64,000 nt of DNA from assembly GCA_041483895.1 (NCBI GenBank), contig JBGPGO010000012.1, positions 32,001 to 96,000 of the forward strand, read 5' to 3'. Source of the DNA: Fimbriimonadia bacterium (GTDB taxonomy: Bacteria; Armatimonadota; Fimbriimonadia; Fimbriimonadales; JABRVX01). Made by a program: the position numbers and the translations under genes. Positions 19,562 to 29,669 of the stretch are shown piece by piece (positions within the stretch are counted from its first letter, which is position 1; every line of letters begins with the position of its first letter). Below the pieces are notes generated by a model. The model worked only from the letters and a program-made list of their open reading frames with translations, was not told the origin of the DNA and did no database searches.

Positions 19562-21632
19562 TCAATGTATTATCTCCCGGCTGCAGGCTGACGCGGAAGC
19601 GCCATTTGTCCACAAAATCGTCCAAATCCCCAAGCGAAGCCAACGCCTCTTCGGAGACGAGCGACTTGGGAATCTCAAATGCCACGGGTTGGGGCACCTC
19701 GGAATGGAAGGCGAGGCAGACCAGTTTCCCCTTTTCCATCTCGACATCCACGGTGATCCCCGCGATGCCGGCGAGGCCCCGGACTTTGAAATCCGTCATC
19801 GACTTCGGGATGGCGGGCAAAATGTGCATCCCCCCGTCGTCCACTCGCACAAACATCCAGTGCAGCGCGGTCAGCCAAGCCCCGCAGCCGGTCGTAAACC
19901 ACGGCACGATCGGCTCGCCCTTTGCATTAAGACGCTCGTTGGGGGAAAGGAACTGCCCGGCCGCTTCCACACTGGTCCGCACGCACTCCCACGCCCCCGC
20001 GCCATCGCCCAGCGCCGAGTGGCACATGCCGAGGTGCCCGGCGGTCCACATCCAGGATGTATCCTCGAAGCCGTCATTGAATCCCGGTTTCCACCCATGG
20101 TGTGATTTTGCGGCGGCGTGAATAAATCGAACGGTGTTCTTCGCAAATTCGCTCGTCGTGTCCACGGCGAACGGCATGATCAGGCCGGCCACGGATGAAT
20201 GCTGCGGCACGCCGCCGGGGATCACATACTGCTTTGCCGTCGTATCCACCGCCACGGAATCTCGCAGCCGGTGGGCCAAGCGTTCCCATTTTCGGCAGCG
20301 ATCTCGGTCCTTGCCCAATCGCCGGGCGGCCTCCGCCGCGCGCTCCAAGCAGAAGATCGCGGCCCCCATCGTCATCGGACCGCCCGCCACCTCGCCGACC
20401 GATTCGTCGAAATCGGTGCAGGGCTTCGTTCGCAATCTGCCGCCCACCTCTTCCAGCAGGTGATGCTCGAAATAGCGGGCGAGCTCGCGAACCAATGGGT
20501 AGAGATCGTCCAGTTCGTTAAGGTCCTCGCTGTAGAGCCAGAGCCACCAGGCGCTCGCCGCGATCTGACCCAAGTGGAACCGCTCCGTGTACCAATGTCC
20601 GTGCGGGTCCCGCTCTTCCCCGGTCTCCGTCGCGCTCCACGGGAACAACGCTCCGCGGCCCATTGCCCTTTCGATCGCCTTCGGCAGTGTCGTCAACCGA
20701 TAGTAGGGAACGTGCCGCGCAAGCTCTTTATGGCCGCCCGATAACAGGGCAAGAAACGGATACATCTCGTCGTGGAACGTTCCCGCGTCCCAATACGGCT
20801 TGCTCACCGTCGGCGGAATGGACCAGGGAGTCGTTTGGCATCGAATCGTATAGAGGGAGATGGATCGGAATCGGTCCACATCGGGGTCACCAGTCTCGAC
20901 GGACGACCTTGCCCAGAACGCCCGCCAATCCGCCCGATGGCGGCGCAACACTTCATCGAGTCCGTTCGCATCGACGTCGAGTTGGAAGGCGATCCTGCTG
21001 CTAAAGCTGATCCATGTCCGAACAGTTATCGTTTCGCTCGCGGCAAGGTTCCAAAAATGCAGCGCCTCCGCCCCATCGGATCCGATATGGACATCGCCCG
21101 GTCCATCGCTATGGAATGTGATTTTGCCCAGATTGTCATGCGTTTCGAAGTTCAGACCCTCCGAGATGTGCAAGCCGGGATTTGAGCGGCCCCGGCGATC
21201 CGTGAGGCGGTAATCGATCTCGAAGTTGACCGGCAGGGCATCGGAGGATTGGTTGGTCAGCGTGGTTTCGACGAGGAACAGATTTCTTTGAAGGGCGATC
21301 AGCGTTCGGGTGCTCTCCAGAATCGGTCCCTTCAGGGTCTTGCTGCGGACCTCTCCAAGATCGAGATGGAGTATCTGTTCCTGAATCGTTTCTTTCGCAT
21401 CGGAACCGGGATAGTTGAGGGTCCGGCTGATGACGCCGAAGTCGATGAGCGGATGGCGCGCGCCCTCCAACCGGTGGCCGGCCATGACGAAGGACTGAGT
21501 CGCGGTAACCCGCGTGTCCTCGCCTCGGATCGGGGAGTGATAGCCGTATCGGTTGAGAGTTGTGACGAGTTGACCGTTGCCGATCAGGACCGGCACCGGC
21601 CTGTCGGGTCGATCCGTCGAGGAAACCTGCAA
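19506..21632 (-). CDS. (alpha/alpha)6 glycoside hydrolase-like protein (GH65/GH95-like)
   Basis: LIGNGQL, HRADWRAFW, GALFPW..TETGEE, DFDE and WFTTGCG motifs; start set at TTG behind a GGAGG RBS. Confidence 0.65.
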   Translation of the reverse strand: MQVSSTDRPDRPVPVLIGNGQLVTTLNRYGYHSPIRGEDTRVTATQSFVMAGHRLEGARHPLIDFGVISRTLNYPGSDAKETIQEQILHLDLGEVRSKTLKGPILESTRTLIALQRNLFLVETTLTNQSSDALPVNFEIDYRLTDRRGRSNPGLHISEGLNFETHDNLGKITFHSDGPGDVHIGSDGAEALHFWNLAASETITVRTWISFSSRIAFQLDVDANGLDEVLRRHRADWRAFWARSSVETGDPDVDRFRSISLYTIRCQTTPWSIPPTVSKPYWDAGTFHDEMYPFLALLSGGHKELARHVPYYRLTTLPKAIERAMGRGALFPWSATETGEERDPHGHWYTERFHLGQIAASAWWLWLYSEDLNELDDLYPLVRELARYFEHHLLEEVGGRLRTKPCTDFDESVGEVAGGPMTMGAAIFCLERAAEAARRLGKDRDRCRKWERLAHRLRDSVAVDTTAKQYVIPGGVPQHSSVAGLIMPFAVDTTSEFAKNTVRFIHAAAKSHHGWKPGFNDGFEDTSWMWTAGHLGMCHSALGDGAGAWECVRTSVEAAGQFLSPNERLNAKGEPIVPWFTTGCGAWLTALHWMFVRVDDGGMHILPAIPKSMTDFKVRGLAGIAGITVDVEMEKGKLVCLAFHSEVPQPVAFEIPKSLVSEEALASLGDLDDFVDKWRFRVSLQPGDNTLISRSVHTTADTAAANHPA

Positions 21633-21684
21633 GCGAGCCCTCCGTAGTTCGCGAGTCCCCCGATGATACCCCGCGTCGAAGGCC

Positions 21685-21822
21685 GTCATTCCGAGCCGGT
21701 CGAGGAATCGCTTTCTTGTTGAACATGGCTGTCTTTCCGAAGCGAAGCGAGGAATCCCTTTCAGAAGCCTCCAACCATTGACAATCTTCGGAAAGGGATT
21801 CCTCGCTCCGCTTCGGAATGAC
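21685..21822. repeat. GTCATTCCG-type REP-like palindrome cluster
   Basis: GTCATTCCGAGCCGGTCGAGGAATC, then GTCTTTCCGAAGCGAAGCGAGGAATCCC...GGGATTCCTCGCTCCGCTTCGGAATGAC. Confidence 0.8.
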
Positions 21823-21831
21823 GATCCCAAT

Positions 21832-23184
21832 TTATACCGCGAACAGACCCAATAACTCGCAGATATTCTCTTCGTCTTCCAGCGACCATAGGCGGGACAG
21901 GGCCTCGTCAATTTGCCAGGACGACAGCATCTTCTCCGCCATCGAAAGGAACTTGGCATTGACCTCGTCATCGGTCATGGGGTTCAGCGCATGGCCACGC
22001 GGAGCCGCTACTTCGGACACCAGCTTCTCGCCACTTTTCAGAGTGATGGTAACGCGGTTCGGGATGCCGCGCTCGGGGTACATCTCGTTCAGAGACGCAT
22101 CTCCGACGACTTTGACCTTTGCGACGATGTCCAACAGCCTCTCATCCATAAAGCGCGAAGGCGCGAAGCTCTCCTGCGTCACCTCGCCATCGACCAGCGC
22201 GACTACCGTGCAATAGGGCAGGCTGTGGTCGGCGGTCTCCCGGCTCTGCGGACGCCACTTCTCCGGCTCGCCTCCGATGATCTCGACAGCCGCGGTGAAG
22301 GTCTCAATCAGGATGCTTTCTATCTGCGAAGGGTCCGGCACGCGGGGCCGGAGCTCCAACGCGGCATCGATTGCGCTCTGGCTGTGGTATTCGGCGGGAT
22401 ATTTCTTAATATAGGTGCGGTTGATCATGTACCCGTCGCCACCCAGCTTTGCGACGGTGAACGGCTCCCGCGAAACCTCGGCAAAGAACCCCATCTCGCC
22501 CTCGAACACGGGCGCCGGCCCGGTCATCCCTTCCACCGCCAGCAGGGAGGCGAAGACGCCATTTCGGCAGGCATTGGCAAACGCGCAGCCCTTCCACATC
22601 GATAGCTCCCCTACCCGGGTCTGCCGCATCGCGTTATTCGGCACGCCGGCAAGTCCGAACGCATGAACGTACTGATCATGAGAGAAACCCAGTAAATGAC
22701 CGCAGCCAGCAACGGTCGAGAAGCTGCCGTACGTCACATGATCCCAACCCTTGCTCCGAATGGAGTAGGCGTCGCACAGGCGGCACTGCACCTCGTATGC
22801 CGCCACAATCGAGGCAATCAGGTCTTCGCCGTCATTCCCGTTGATCTCCGCGATGGCCAGCACGGCAGCGATGTTGTCGCTCGGATGGGCCGGCTCTTTT
22901 GACAGGTATGTGTCGTTGTAGTCCAGATACCGGAACAGGACTCCATTGGCAAACGCCGCCAAATCCGGGCTGGTGCGATGGTATGTCCCGATAACAGTCG
23001 CTTCCCCAAAGACGGAATGGGCCAGCCGCCTCGCAATTTTCGGAGGTTCGTCGAGATACGCGCCCATCGCGCAGCCCAGCGAATCGATCAGGCGGCGCTT
23101 CGCCTCGTGGGTCGCCTCCTTCGGCAGGTCCTCAAAATCAAGATTCACGCAAAACTCAGCAAATTGATCGGCAAGTGTCGCCAC
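21832..23184 (-). CDS. prpD: 2-methylcitrate dehydratase (MmgE/PrpD family)
   Basis: RYLDYNDTY...HPSDN, GWDH, SMWKG, EYHSQ and ETADHSLPY motifs. Confidence 0.92.
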   Translation of the reverse strand: MATLADQFAEFCVNLDFEDLPKEATHEAKRRLIDSLGCAMGAYLDEPPKIARRLAHSVFGEATVIGTYHRTSPDLAAFANGVLFRYLDYNDTYLSKEPAHPSDNIAAVLAIAEINGNDGEDLIASIVAAYEVQCRLCDAYSIRSKGWDHVTYGSFSTVAGCGHLLGFSHDQYVHAFGLAGVPNNAMRQTRVGELSMWKGCAFANACRNGVFASLLAVEGMTGPAPVFEGEMGFFAEVSREPFTVAKLGGDGYMINRTYIKKYPAEYHSQSAIDAALELRPRVPDPSQIESILIETFTAAVEIIGGEPEKWRPQSRETADHSLPYCTVVALVDGEVTQESFAPSRFMDERLLDIVAKVKVVGDASLNEMYPERGIPNRVTITLKSGEKLVSEVAAPRGHALNPMTDDEVNAKFLSMAEKMLSSWQIDEALSRLWSLEDEENICELLGLFAV

Positions 23185-23359
23185 GGGTTTCTCTTCCTCT
23201 CTCGCTGTGAAAATTCTCGCAATTAAGGATACCCGTCCCCGCCGAGTTGCCTGCTTTTGAACCGAAACTCGCAAATTCCGATGGGCCGAACAGTCGCCCG
23301 ATGTGGCTTAAGCCGATTGGCGGATTGCCGCCCCACTGCTTTTTCTTGGAAGGTGAACA

Positions 23360-23566
23360 ATGCAGGTATCTCAGGCGAAGTCCTACGTCGGGCAACGGTG
23401 TGAGATCGTTTCCAGCGATCGACGCGGCGCGGAAGTCCACACGGTTGCCCAGGTTCTCGACGTTATTTACATTCCCATGTACGGTGCGACACTCCTAACC
23501 GACGCAGGGGAAATCTTCTTGGATCGAGTCAGACTCATCAACTCGGAAGTGGCCGCGGCTGCTTGA
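23360..23566 (+). CDS. Small hypothetical protein
   Basis: GGAAGGTG RBS; globular beta-rich 68-aa ORF filling the intergenic space. Confidence 0.65.
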   Translation: MQVSQAKSYVGQRCEIVSSDRRGAEVHTVAQVLDVIYIPMYGATLLTDAGEIFLDRVRLINSEVAAAA

Positions 23567-23666
23567 CAGTTTCTCGGCACGCACCTCCTAATGGCAGCAG
23601 TCCCGGTGGATACCGGGACTGCTTCACTCTTGCAGGTCCCTTGCCATCGCACGCGAATGATAAGGC

Positions 23667-24605
23667 GTGCTTCAAGGAGTGTGGCCTGTTGTCGCGACGC
23701 CGTTTCTTGATGACGGCTCGATCGACGAAGAGTCTCTGATTTCCGAGGTCCGGTTCATGGCCGGTCTCGGCGTTTGCGGTCTCGTGCTTGGCGGGATCAC
23801 GAGCGAGGTGCACAAGCTGTCGACAGAGGAGAAGCGTTCGATTGTTTCACTCACTGCTTCGGAGTTCGGCGGCCGGATGCCACTGGTCGCGGGGTGTGGC
23901 GAGGCTTCGTTTGAGCTGACGCGGGATTCGGTTCATCACGCGGCGTCTTGCGGGGCTTTCGCGGCGATGATTTTTCCTGCCTTCGCGGTCGCCGCCGGTC
24001 CGGGGATGGTGCGGTCACTTTTCGAGTTCTGCTCCGGCTCTCTCCCCTTGATCTTGCAGGACGCTTCCTTTTTTGGCGGCCAACCGTTGGAGCCGTCGAG
24101 CATCGCATCCATCGTCAATGACAATCCTGCGATTGCGGCCATCAAGATCGAGTCGCCGCCATCCGCCACTCGGATGCGCGCCGTCTCCCGGCTTCTCGCG
24201 CGGCCAGTCTCTTTGATTTCCGGTCAGGGCGGGCAGTATCTGACGTACGAGCTTTCTGCGGGCGCGACCGCGCTTTTCCCCGGTCCGGCGTTTCCTCAGA
24301 TCTATTTGCAGTTCTTCCCCCACCCCAGCCCTCCCCCGCAAGCAGGGGAGGGAGTCTCGGAGCCAGATGCGACCGGTCTCCTGACCGAGTCGCAAGCTGT
24401 TTTCCGGTCTCCCGACCGCTCGGAGCTGCCGCTCGGATTGTTGCGATTCATGTTCCAATCCGCCGAGTTTGCCATCGCGTGCTACAAACAGATTTTAGTG
24501 GATAAATCTGTGATTTCGTCGGCGCGCACGAGGCAGCCGGGAGTGGAGTTGGATGCCGAATCGGTGGAGACGCTGCGGCGTCTGGCGCGGGAGGCCGGAG
24601 TATGA
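23667..24605 (+). CDS. Dihydrodipicolinate synthase-family aldolase/lyase with an in-frame repeat insertion
   Basis: GVWPVVATPF..DGSID, GGITSE, ILQD and AIKIES (Schiff-base Lys). Confidence 0.85.
   Translation: MLQGVWPVVATPFLDDGSIDEESLISEVRFMAGLGVCGLVLGGITSEVHKLSTEEKRSIVSLTASEFGGRMPLVAGCGEASFELTRDSVHHAASCGAFAAMIFPAFAVAAGPGMVRSLFEFCSGSLPLILQDASFFGGQPLEPSSIASIVNDNPAIAAIKIESPPSATRMRAVSRLLARPVSLISGQGGQYLTYELSAGATALFPGPAFPQIYLQFFPHPSPPPQAGEGVSEPDATGLLTESQAVFRSPDRSELPLGLLRFMFQSAEFAIACYKQILVDKSVISSARTRQPGVELDAESVETLRRLAREAGV
24317..24422 (+). repeat. Repeat elements inside the CDS: C-rich/G-rich hairpin plus a RAYT-type REP
   Basis: CCCCCACCCCAGCCCTCCCCCGCAAGCAGGGGAGGGAG followed by GATGCGACCGGTCTCCTGACCGAGTCGC (24366-24393). 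Confidence 0.85.
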
Positions 24606-25606
24606 AAGAGCGCGGCGTGTGGGCCTATCCCTGGGACATGGAGGCCGACCCCGACGCGGGCCGCCGCATGGTGGATTTGGGCCTTACCTACGTTTCGCTG
24701 GCGGTCAAATACCATGCCGTCCGCGCGCTGGCCTATCTGCCTTCCAGACCGAAGATCACGACGCATCGGTCCGGCGGCGACTTTCTAGATTTAGCCACAG
24801 ACATCGCAGAACAAAACGCCAAGATCGGTCTTGCAACGGATGCCTGGACCGTCTGCTTCCACGAGGACCCGCCGCCGGAGGGCCAGCGGATGATCAACTG
24901 TTTCGGCGATGAGTATCCGTGGGCCTCGTGCCCCGCCAACCCCGCCGCCGCCGTACGCATCATCGGTTACATCGAGAATGTTGCGCGCAAAGGAGTCTTT
25001 CGGACGCTGGAGTTGGAGGCGTTTGGCTTCTACGGCCTTGCCCACGGCAGCGAGCATGACAAGGTGGCGCTCACCGACCCGCGTCAGCCGGTGGCGCTAT
25101 CAATCTGCTGCTGCCCATACTGTCAAACATCCCTTGGTGTAAAGCCTGAACATATCCACGATCTGTTTGTTACGACCGATGGACTAGCAACGTACTTGCG
25201 AGATCACGTCGCCCGGCGCTCTGAGGTCGTCAAGAAGAATCTGGGTGTGTTGCGCGGCAGCGTCGGCAAAAGCGTCTGCCTTCGCATGGCGGTCAGCGCG
25301 GACCCACTTCGATTTGGGGCCGAATGCCCAATCTCCCACGTATCGGATGACCTTGACGAACTATCGCTTCCGGTCTGGACGCACAATCCACAGGAGATCG
25401 TTGAGGCGATCCAGTTCGTTGCCTCGCAATCCAATCTTCCGATGACCGCCGGTTTCCAAACCGTTCCACCGTTTTGTCCTGATCCAGTTGCGATTCCCGC
25501 GATAGTAGGTCTCATCAAAGCGGAAAACCCGCACGGAATTTGCGCCTATCACGGCGGCATGATGACGCCGGCCGCAAGAGATTCTTACGCGGCATCACTC
25601 CGATAA
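24602..25606 (+). CDS. Hypothetical TIM-barrel/glycoside-hydrolase-like protein
   Basis: WAYPWD, YHAVRA, CPANP, ELE and CCCPYC motifs; ATGA-coupled to the aldolase gene. Confidence 0.6.
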   Translation: MKERGVWAYPWDMEADPDAGRRMVDLGLTYVSLAVKYHAVRALAYLPSRPKITTHRSGGDFLDLATDIAEQNAKIGLATDAWTVCFHEDPPPEGQRMINCFGDEYPWASCPANPAAAVRIIGYIENVARKGVFRTLELEAFGFYGLAHGSEHDKVALTDPRQPVALSICCCPYCQTSLGVKPEHIHDLFVTTDGLATYLRDHVARRSEVVKKNLGVLRGSVGKSVCLRMAVSADPLRFGAECPISHVSDDLDELSLPVWTHNPQEIVEAIQFVASQSNLPMTAGFQTVPPFCPDPVAIPAIVGLIKAENPHGICAYHGGMMTPAARDSYAASLR

Positions 25607-25613
25607 GGTGCCG

Positions 25614-25882
25614 GTAGACGCGGGTCGTCTTTCCGACAACATGGCGAATCGCCGACGCCAAGACCCGCGTGGGAGGCTGGGCAAAGGCGATTCCCATCGA
25701 TATTGCAACATCCACCGTGGTCAAACGCGGGACTTGGAATCGGCAGATGATAAGTTCCGGCAAGACGACCCGCGCCTACGAAGCGCGAATGAATACCCGA
25801 CGACATTGCAACGTCCAACGTGGTCAAACGCGGGTCTTGGAATCGGCAGATGAGAGGTTCCGGCAAAACGACCCGCGTCTAC
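25614..25882. repeat. Three long-loop GTAG elements (inverted doublet plus a tandem extra copy)
   Basis: GTAGACGCGGGTC...GACCCGCG at 25614; minus-strand copies end at 25779 and 25882. Confidence 0.85.
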
Positions 25883-26757
25883 ACTTGAACCACGAACTGT
25901 TCCAGATGCCGGAGGGAGTTGATTAGACCCTCGTCCTCCATCTGCTTTGCGTCCTTGTGGTTGCGATACACCGCATCGTGCCAGCCCTCGATGTTCAGGT
26001 CCCCGGTATAGCCCTGTCGGTGCAATTCTTTGATGCAGGCGCCCCAATCGGTATCTCCCAGCCCGGCGAAACAGTGCTCGATGACACCGCGCGCCCAGAT
26101 CCCCTCGCGCTCCAGCAGGAACCGATGCACCTTCGCATCCTTGGCATGGACGTGATAGACGCGGGAGCCGAAACGCGTCAGATTTTGCAGCGGATCGATG
26201 AACATGCAGACCAGGTGGCTAGGGTCCCATTCGAGCCCCAGCGCGTCGCTCCCCACCGCGTCGAAGCAGGCCTCCCACATCCACGGCGTCGCCACGCAGT
26301 TCATCCCGCCCGGCGGCTGATTGTACGGGCCCATGGGGCAGTGCTCGAAGGCGATCTTGATGCCGTTGTCCTCCGCCGCTTTGGCATGGCCGGTCCAGAC
26401 ATCTTTGAACAGGGGCACGCTTTCTTCCAGCGGCGCGTCCAATTTCCGCCCCGCGAAGCCGGCGACCACCCGAACGCCCATCTCCTTGGCCAACGCGATC
26501 GTATCCCTGACCACTTTGTGGTTCTTCTCCACATCCGGGCCGTCCAGATGATTGACGTAAAAAGACGCAATGCAAGAAATGCGAAGGCCGAAGGAGTCGA
26601 ACTCACCCTTCGCGTCTCTCGCCTTCTGCTGCCAGTCCGGCTTTCCGGGCCAAAACTCGTTGTCTGGGTTCACCATGAACTCCACCGAACGGAATCCCGC
26701 CTTCTTCGCGAACTCCATCCGCTCCCTGTCGTGCCGCATCATGAAACCGATTCGCAT
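25879..26757 (-). CDS. Sugar phosphate isomerase/epimerase (AP-endonuclease-2 TIM barrel)
   Basis: IAFEHCP, GLEWDPSHL, HVHAKD, GLGDTDW and LNIEG motifs. Confidence 0.88.
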   Translation of the reverse strand: MRIGFMMRHDRERMEFAKKAGFRSVEFMVNPDNEFWPGKPDWQQKARDAKGEFDSFGLRISCIASFYVNHLDGPDVEKNHKVVRDTIALAKEMGVRVVAGFAGRKLDAPLEESVPLFKDVWTGHAKAAEDNGIKIAFEHCPMGPYNQPPGGMNCVATPWMWEACFDAVGSDALGLEWDPSHLVCMFIDPLQNLTRFGSRVYHVHAKDAKVHRFLLEREGIWARGVIEHCFAGLGDTDWGACIKELHRQGYTGDLNIEGWHDAVYRNHKDAKQMEDEGLINSLRHLEQFVVQV

Positions 26758-26802
26758 GTCGCTCTCCTCGCTCGTGGATAGTCAAAGTATACTAGCGCCA
26801 CC

Positions 26803-27144
26803 ATGGTGATTCGCTTCAGCTATATCGAACTGCACTCGGATCAGCCCGAACGGTCGCTGGAATTTTACGGAAAGCTGTTGGAGAAAAAGCCGCAGTTCGG
26901 GCCAGACGGCGGAGGGATGGGCGTTGGGGAGGCCTATTTTGCCGTCACCCGCACCCCGGAAGGCGGCCCTCCTGAGTTCGGGATGGATGTCGTCAATCTC
27001 GAACCGTATATGGAACGGCTGACGAATCTAGGCGTTGAGTTCGAGGAGCCGTCGGAAGTGGACAGCGACGGGCAGAAATTCCGGCAGATCACCTTCGTGG
27101 ACCCGGACGGCCGGACGGTCTGCCTGTTCCAGCCTCTCAATTGA
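26803..27144 (+). CDS. VOC/glyoxalase-family protein
   Basis: SLEFYGKLL and FVDPDG motifs. Confidence 0.82.
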   Translation: MVIRFSYIELHSDQPERSLEFYGKLLEKKPQFGPDGGGMGVGEAYFAVTRTPEGGPPEFGMDVVNLEPYMERLTNLGVEFEEPSEVDSDGQKFRQITFVDPDGRTVCLFQPLN

Positions 27145-27170
27145 CAGGCAGCTTGGCCGGATGCTACAAT
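27141..27170 (+). promoter_or_regulatory. Sigma70-type promoter for the LCP gene
   Basis: TTGACA-18 nt-TACAAT. Confidence 0.65.
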
Positions 27171-27205
27171 TTCCACTCTCGCTAGGTTCAGCGGGGTATT
27201 AAATT

Positions 27206-28159
27206 ATGGCTACATCTTCAACTCCCCGATTCCTATTGAAGTGGTTGACCTGGGCTGTCATTTGCGGGTTCGCGCTTGGCGCAGGCATCTTGGCCGGCCG
27301 GGATGAGCTCATTCGGACCTTCGTGGCGGACTACATCACCGGTGGCACTCCAGAACGTGCATACGGGAAGGGCGCTGTCACCATCCTCGCCCTCGGGGTT
27401 GACGCCACCTATCACGGCAAGAAGCGATCGTACGAGCACACACGAAGCGACGCCATGATGGTCGCCCGCTTAGATTTCGACAGGAATCGCGCGTTCATCA
27501 TTTCCATTCCCCGCGACACCTACGTGGCAATCCCCGGATACCGGAGCCTGCAGAAGATCAACGCAGCGCATGCTTTGGGTGGCGCGGAGCTTGCCCAGCG
27601 AACTGTGGAAAACATGCTGGGCATCGAAATCGACCAGACGATTGTGATGAATTTTGATGGGTTTTCCCGCCTGGTGGACGAGGTCGGCGGCGTGCCGGTG
27701 GACGTCGACAAGAACATGAACTACGACGACAACGCCGGCAACCTGCACATTCACATTCGTGCGGGCCATCAGGTCCTCGACGGCAAGGACGCAATGGGCT
27801 ATGTCCGGTTCCGTCACACGGATGACGATTTCCGCCGGAGCAAGCGGCAGCGGATGTTCCTGGTCGCGTTCCTCCAGCAGGCACAGAAGCAAGGACTGAC
27901 CGCTGTTCCTCGATTGTCGAAGGAGATCCAGGAGAATCTGGACGGCGTCAGCGGCCAACAGCTGGCCGCGCTGATGCGATGGGGGATGAAGCTTCAACCG
28001 GACACCGATGTCAAATCGGTTCTGTTGCCGACACGGTACATTGGCAGCGCCGACTTCGGACCGGATGCGGACCAGATCAACCGCCTGCTGTCCCTCATCG
28101 AGTGGCCACGGACCTCCAGCTCCGCTTCGATCAAGCCCAAACCGAACCGGACCTCCTAA
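27206..28159 (+). CDS. LCP (LytR-CpsA-Psr) family protein
   Basis: TM helix, LALGVD, RSDAMM, SIPRDT, KINAAH and YVRFRH..DDFRR motifs. Confidence 0.92.
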   Translation: MATSSTPRFLLKWLTWAVICGFALGAGILAGRDELIRTFVADYITGGTPERAYGKGAVTILALGVDATYHGKKRSYEHTRSDAMMVARLDFDRNRAFIISIPRDTYVAIPGYRSLQKINAAHALGGAELAQRTVENMLGIEIDQTIVMNFDGFSRLVDEVGGVPVDVDKNMNYDDNAGNLHIHIRAGHQVLDGKDAMGYVRFRHTDDDFRRSKRQRMFLVAFLQQAQKQGLTAVPRLSKEIQENLDGVSGQQLAALMRWGMKLQPDTDVKSVLLPTRYIGSADFGPDADQINRLLSLIEWPRTSSSASIKPKPNRTS

Positions 28160-28160
28160 C

Positions 28161-28931
28161 ATGTCCAGTGAGCCGCGCGATTGGTCCGAGGAGGCCGAGC
28201 GGCGTTCTGAGGCCCGCACCTACGCGGATAAACCCGTGCTCATAGTCGGCGGCCTTTTCATTGGCGCGATCCTGCTATTCGTGTTCCTTAATCTGCGGGA
28301 GAACGCGCGGCATCAGACCTGCATCTCCAACATGAAGCAGATCGGCCAGGCGATGCAGCTTTATCTCGTGGATAACGGGGATCGGTTTCCTCCAACCTAT
28401 TATTACAGCGGCAAGCATCTCAGCACATGGGTTCTGGTTGCTGGTCCGCGGGTCAACCGGCCCGACGTGTTCTCCTGTCCGTCCGCCCGGCCGGACGAGC
28501 AGACTCAGGTGGATAATCCGGTGATCGGTTGGAAGGGAAAGACCATCGAACTGTCCTACGGAATGTTCCTCGCCATGTCCACGGCGGACAAGAACGCTCT
28601 CGACAACCCTGGGGCCACCGCGCTTATCGCCGAGACGATAGCGGGCGGACATTTCGCCAGTTACGATCCCGACCCGATTGCTGGTGGCAACGACGGATTT
28701 TCGATTGATTTCGACAAGAAGGGGACGAAGATGACCCGGCTCGCGGTCAGCCTCCGGGATGAGTCCAAGGGATGGGTGCCGGGGAATACTGTACCGAGGC
28801 ATGTGAATCGGGGTGTGGTGGTGCTGTTTGTGGACGGCCATGCGGAAACTCTGGGCCCGGACCTGATGTTCCTCAACACGATGGGCCCGATCCGCCCAGA
28901 CCTGTGGGCCGTGCCGAGGCGGGAGAGATAG
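28161..28931 (+). CDS. DUF1559/H-X9-DG pilin-like domain protein
   Basis: CISNMKQIGQAMQLY..D, FSCPS and RHVNRGVVVLFVDGH motifs. Confidence 0.8.
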   Translation: MSSEPRDWSEEAERRSEARTYADKPVLIVGGLFIGAILLFVFLNLRENARHQTCISNMKQIGQAMQLYLVDNGDRFPPTYYYSGKHLSTWVLVAGPRVNRPDVFSCPSARPDEQTQVDNPVIGWKGKTIELSYGMFLAMSTADKNALDNPGATALIAETIAGGHFASYDPDPIAGGNDGFSIDFDKKGTKMTRLAVSLRDESKGWVPGNTVPRHVNRGVVVLFVDGHAETLGPDLMFLNTMGPIRPDLWAVPRRER

Positions 28932-28933
28932 GG

Positions 28934-29371
28934 TTAAGGTTGCAAAGTTTGGTCTGCGCTATGCACTTCAAATGTGAGGATTTCGAAAATCGGATCGTAC
29001 GTCATTTTCCAACGCGAAAGAATATCTCTTCCCAACAACGAAGGCATCTGAGGGAGCTGTGTCGGTGCCGGCGCCATAATTGCGAGTGGCGTTGAGTAAG
29101 AGTGCAGCCGGTTGTCGTCGTCTTCAAACATTAGAACGGCAGGTTCTCGATACGTTTTCGATGATCCGCCAACACCGAAGACATTTTGACCACCCCTGAG
29201 TTGGCTCCAGTCGATACCAAGCATGTCACAATCCGCGGGCATTAGAATGCAGTTGTCGGCGCCCGTGTCCACAAGAAGTTTGACCGTCCCGGAGATTTGC
29301 AAACGCGGAAAATCGATCTTTGATTCAATGAATGGCCGCCCGGAAGCCTTGCCAAAACTGCCTTTCAACAT
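28934..29371 (-). CDS. Retropepsin-like aspartic protease
   Basis: GRPFI, LVDTGA and SLLGRDIL motifs. Confidence 0.85.
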   Translation of the reverse strand: MLKGSFGKASGRPFIESKIDFPRLQISGTVKLLVDTGADNCILMPADCDMLGIDWSQLRGGQNVFGVGGSSKTYREPAVLMFEDDDNRLHSYSTPLAIMAPAPTQLPQMPSLLGRDILSRWKMTYDPIFEILTFEVHSADQTLQP

Positions 29372-29375
29372 AAAA

Positions 29376-29669
29376 TCACAAAATGAGCTTCGTTTGCTCA
29401 GTATCCATGAACTGGACCACGACGTTCCCTTTCGGCAAACCTAGGTCAGCCATTGCCACAAGCAATGATTGGAGTGATTCTGCGGCTGCTTTTACCTCGC
29501 TGTCATAAATCGCTATCCATTGCTTCGGGTAATCCTTGAGAAGCCGATCTTCATTCGAGAGCAAGAACTCCATGTCCCTCCGGTACTCTCGCAATTGGCG
29601 AACGGTCTCCTTTGGATCCCCAATCGCTTCATCGATTTCCCGCAGCTGTTGTTCGGTGAGTCGGGCCAT
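29376..29669 (-). CDS. DUF5678-like small protein
   Basis: LLKDYPKQWIAIYDSEVKAAA; directly upstream of the aspartic protease. Confidence 0.7.
   Translation of the reverse strand: MARLTEQQLREIDEAIGDPKETVRQLREYRRDMEFLLSNEDRLLKDYPKQWIAIYDSEVKAAAESLQSLLVAMADLGLPKGNVVVQFMDTEQTKLIL

Noticed and set aside
21633..21971. N-terminal extension of the 821-aa ORF
   Set aside because: It overlaps prpD and runs through a palindromic repeat; an RBS supports a start at 21632.
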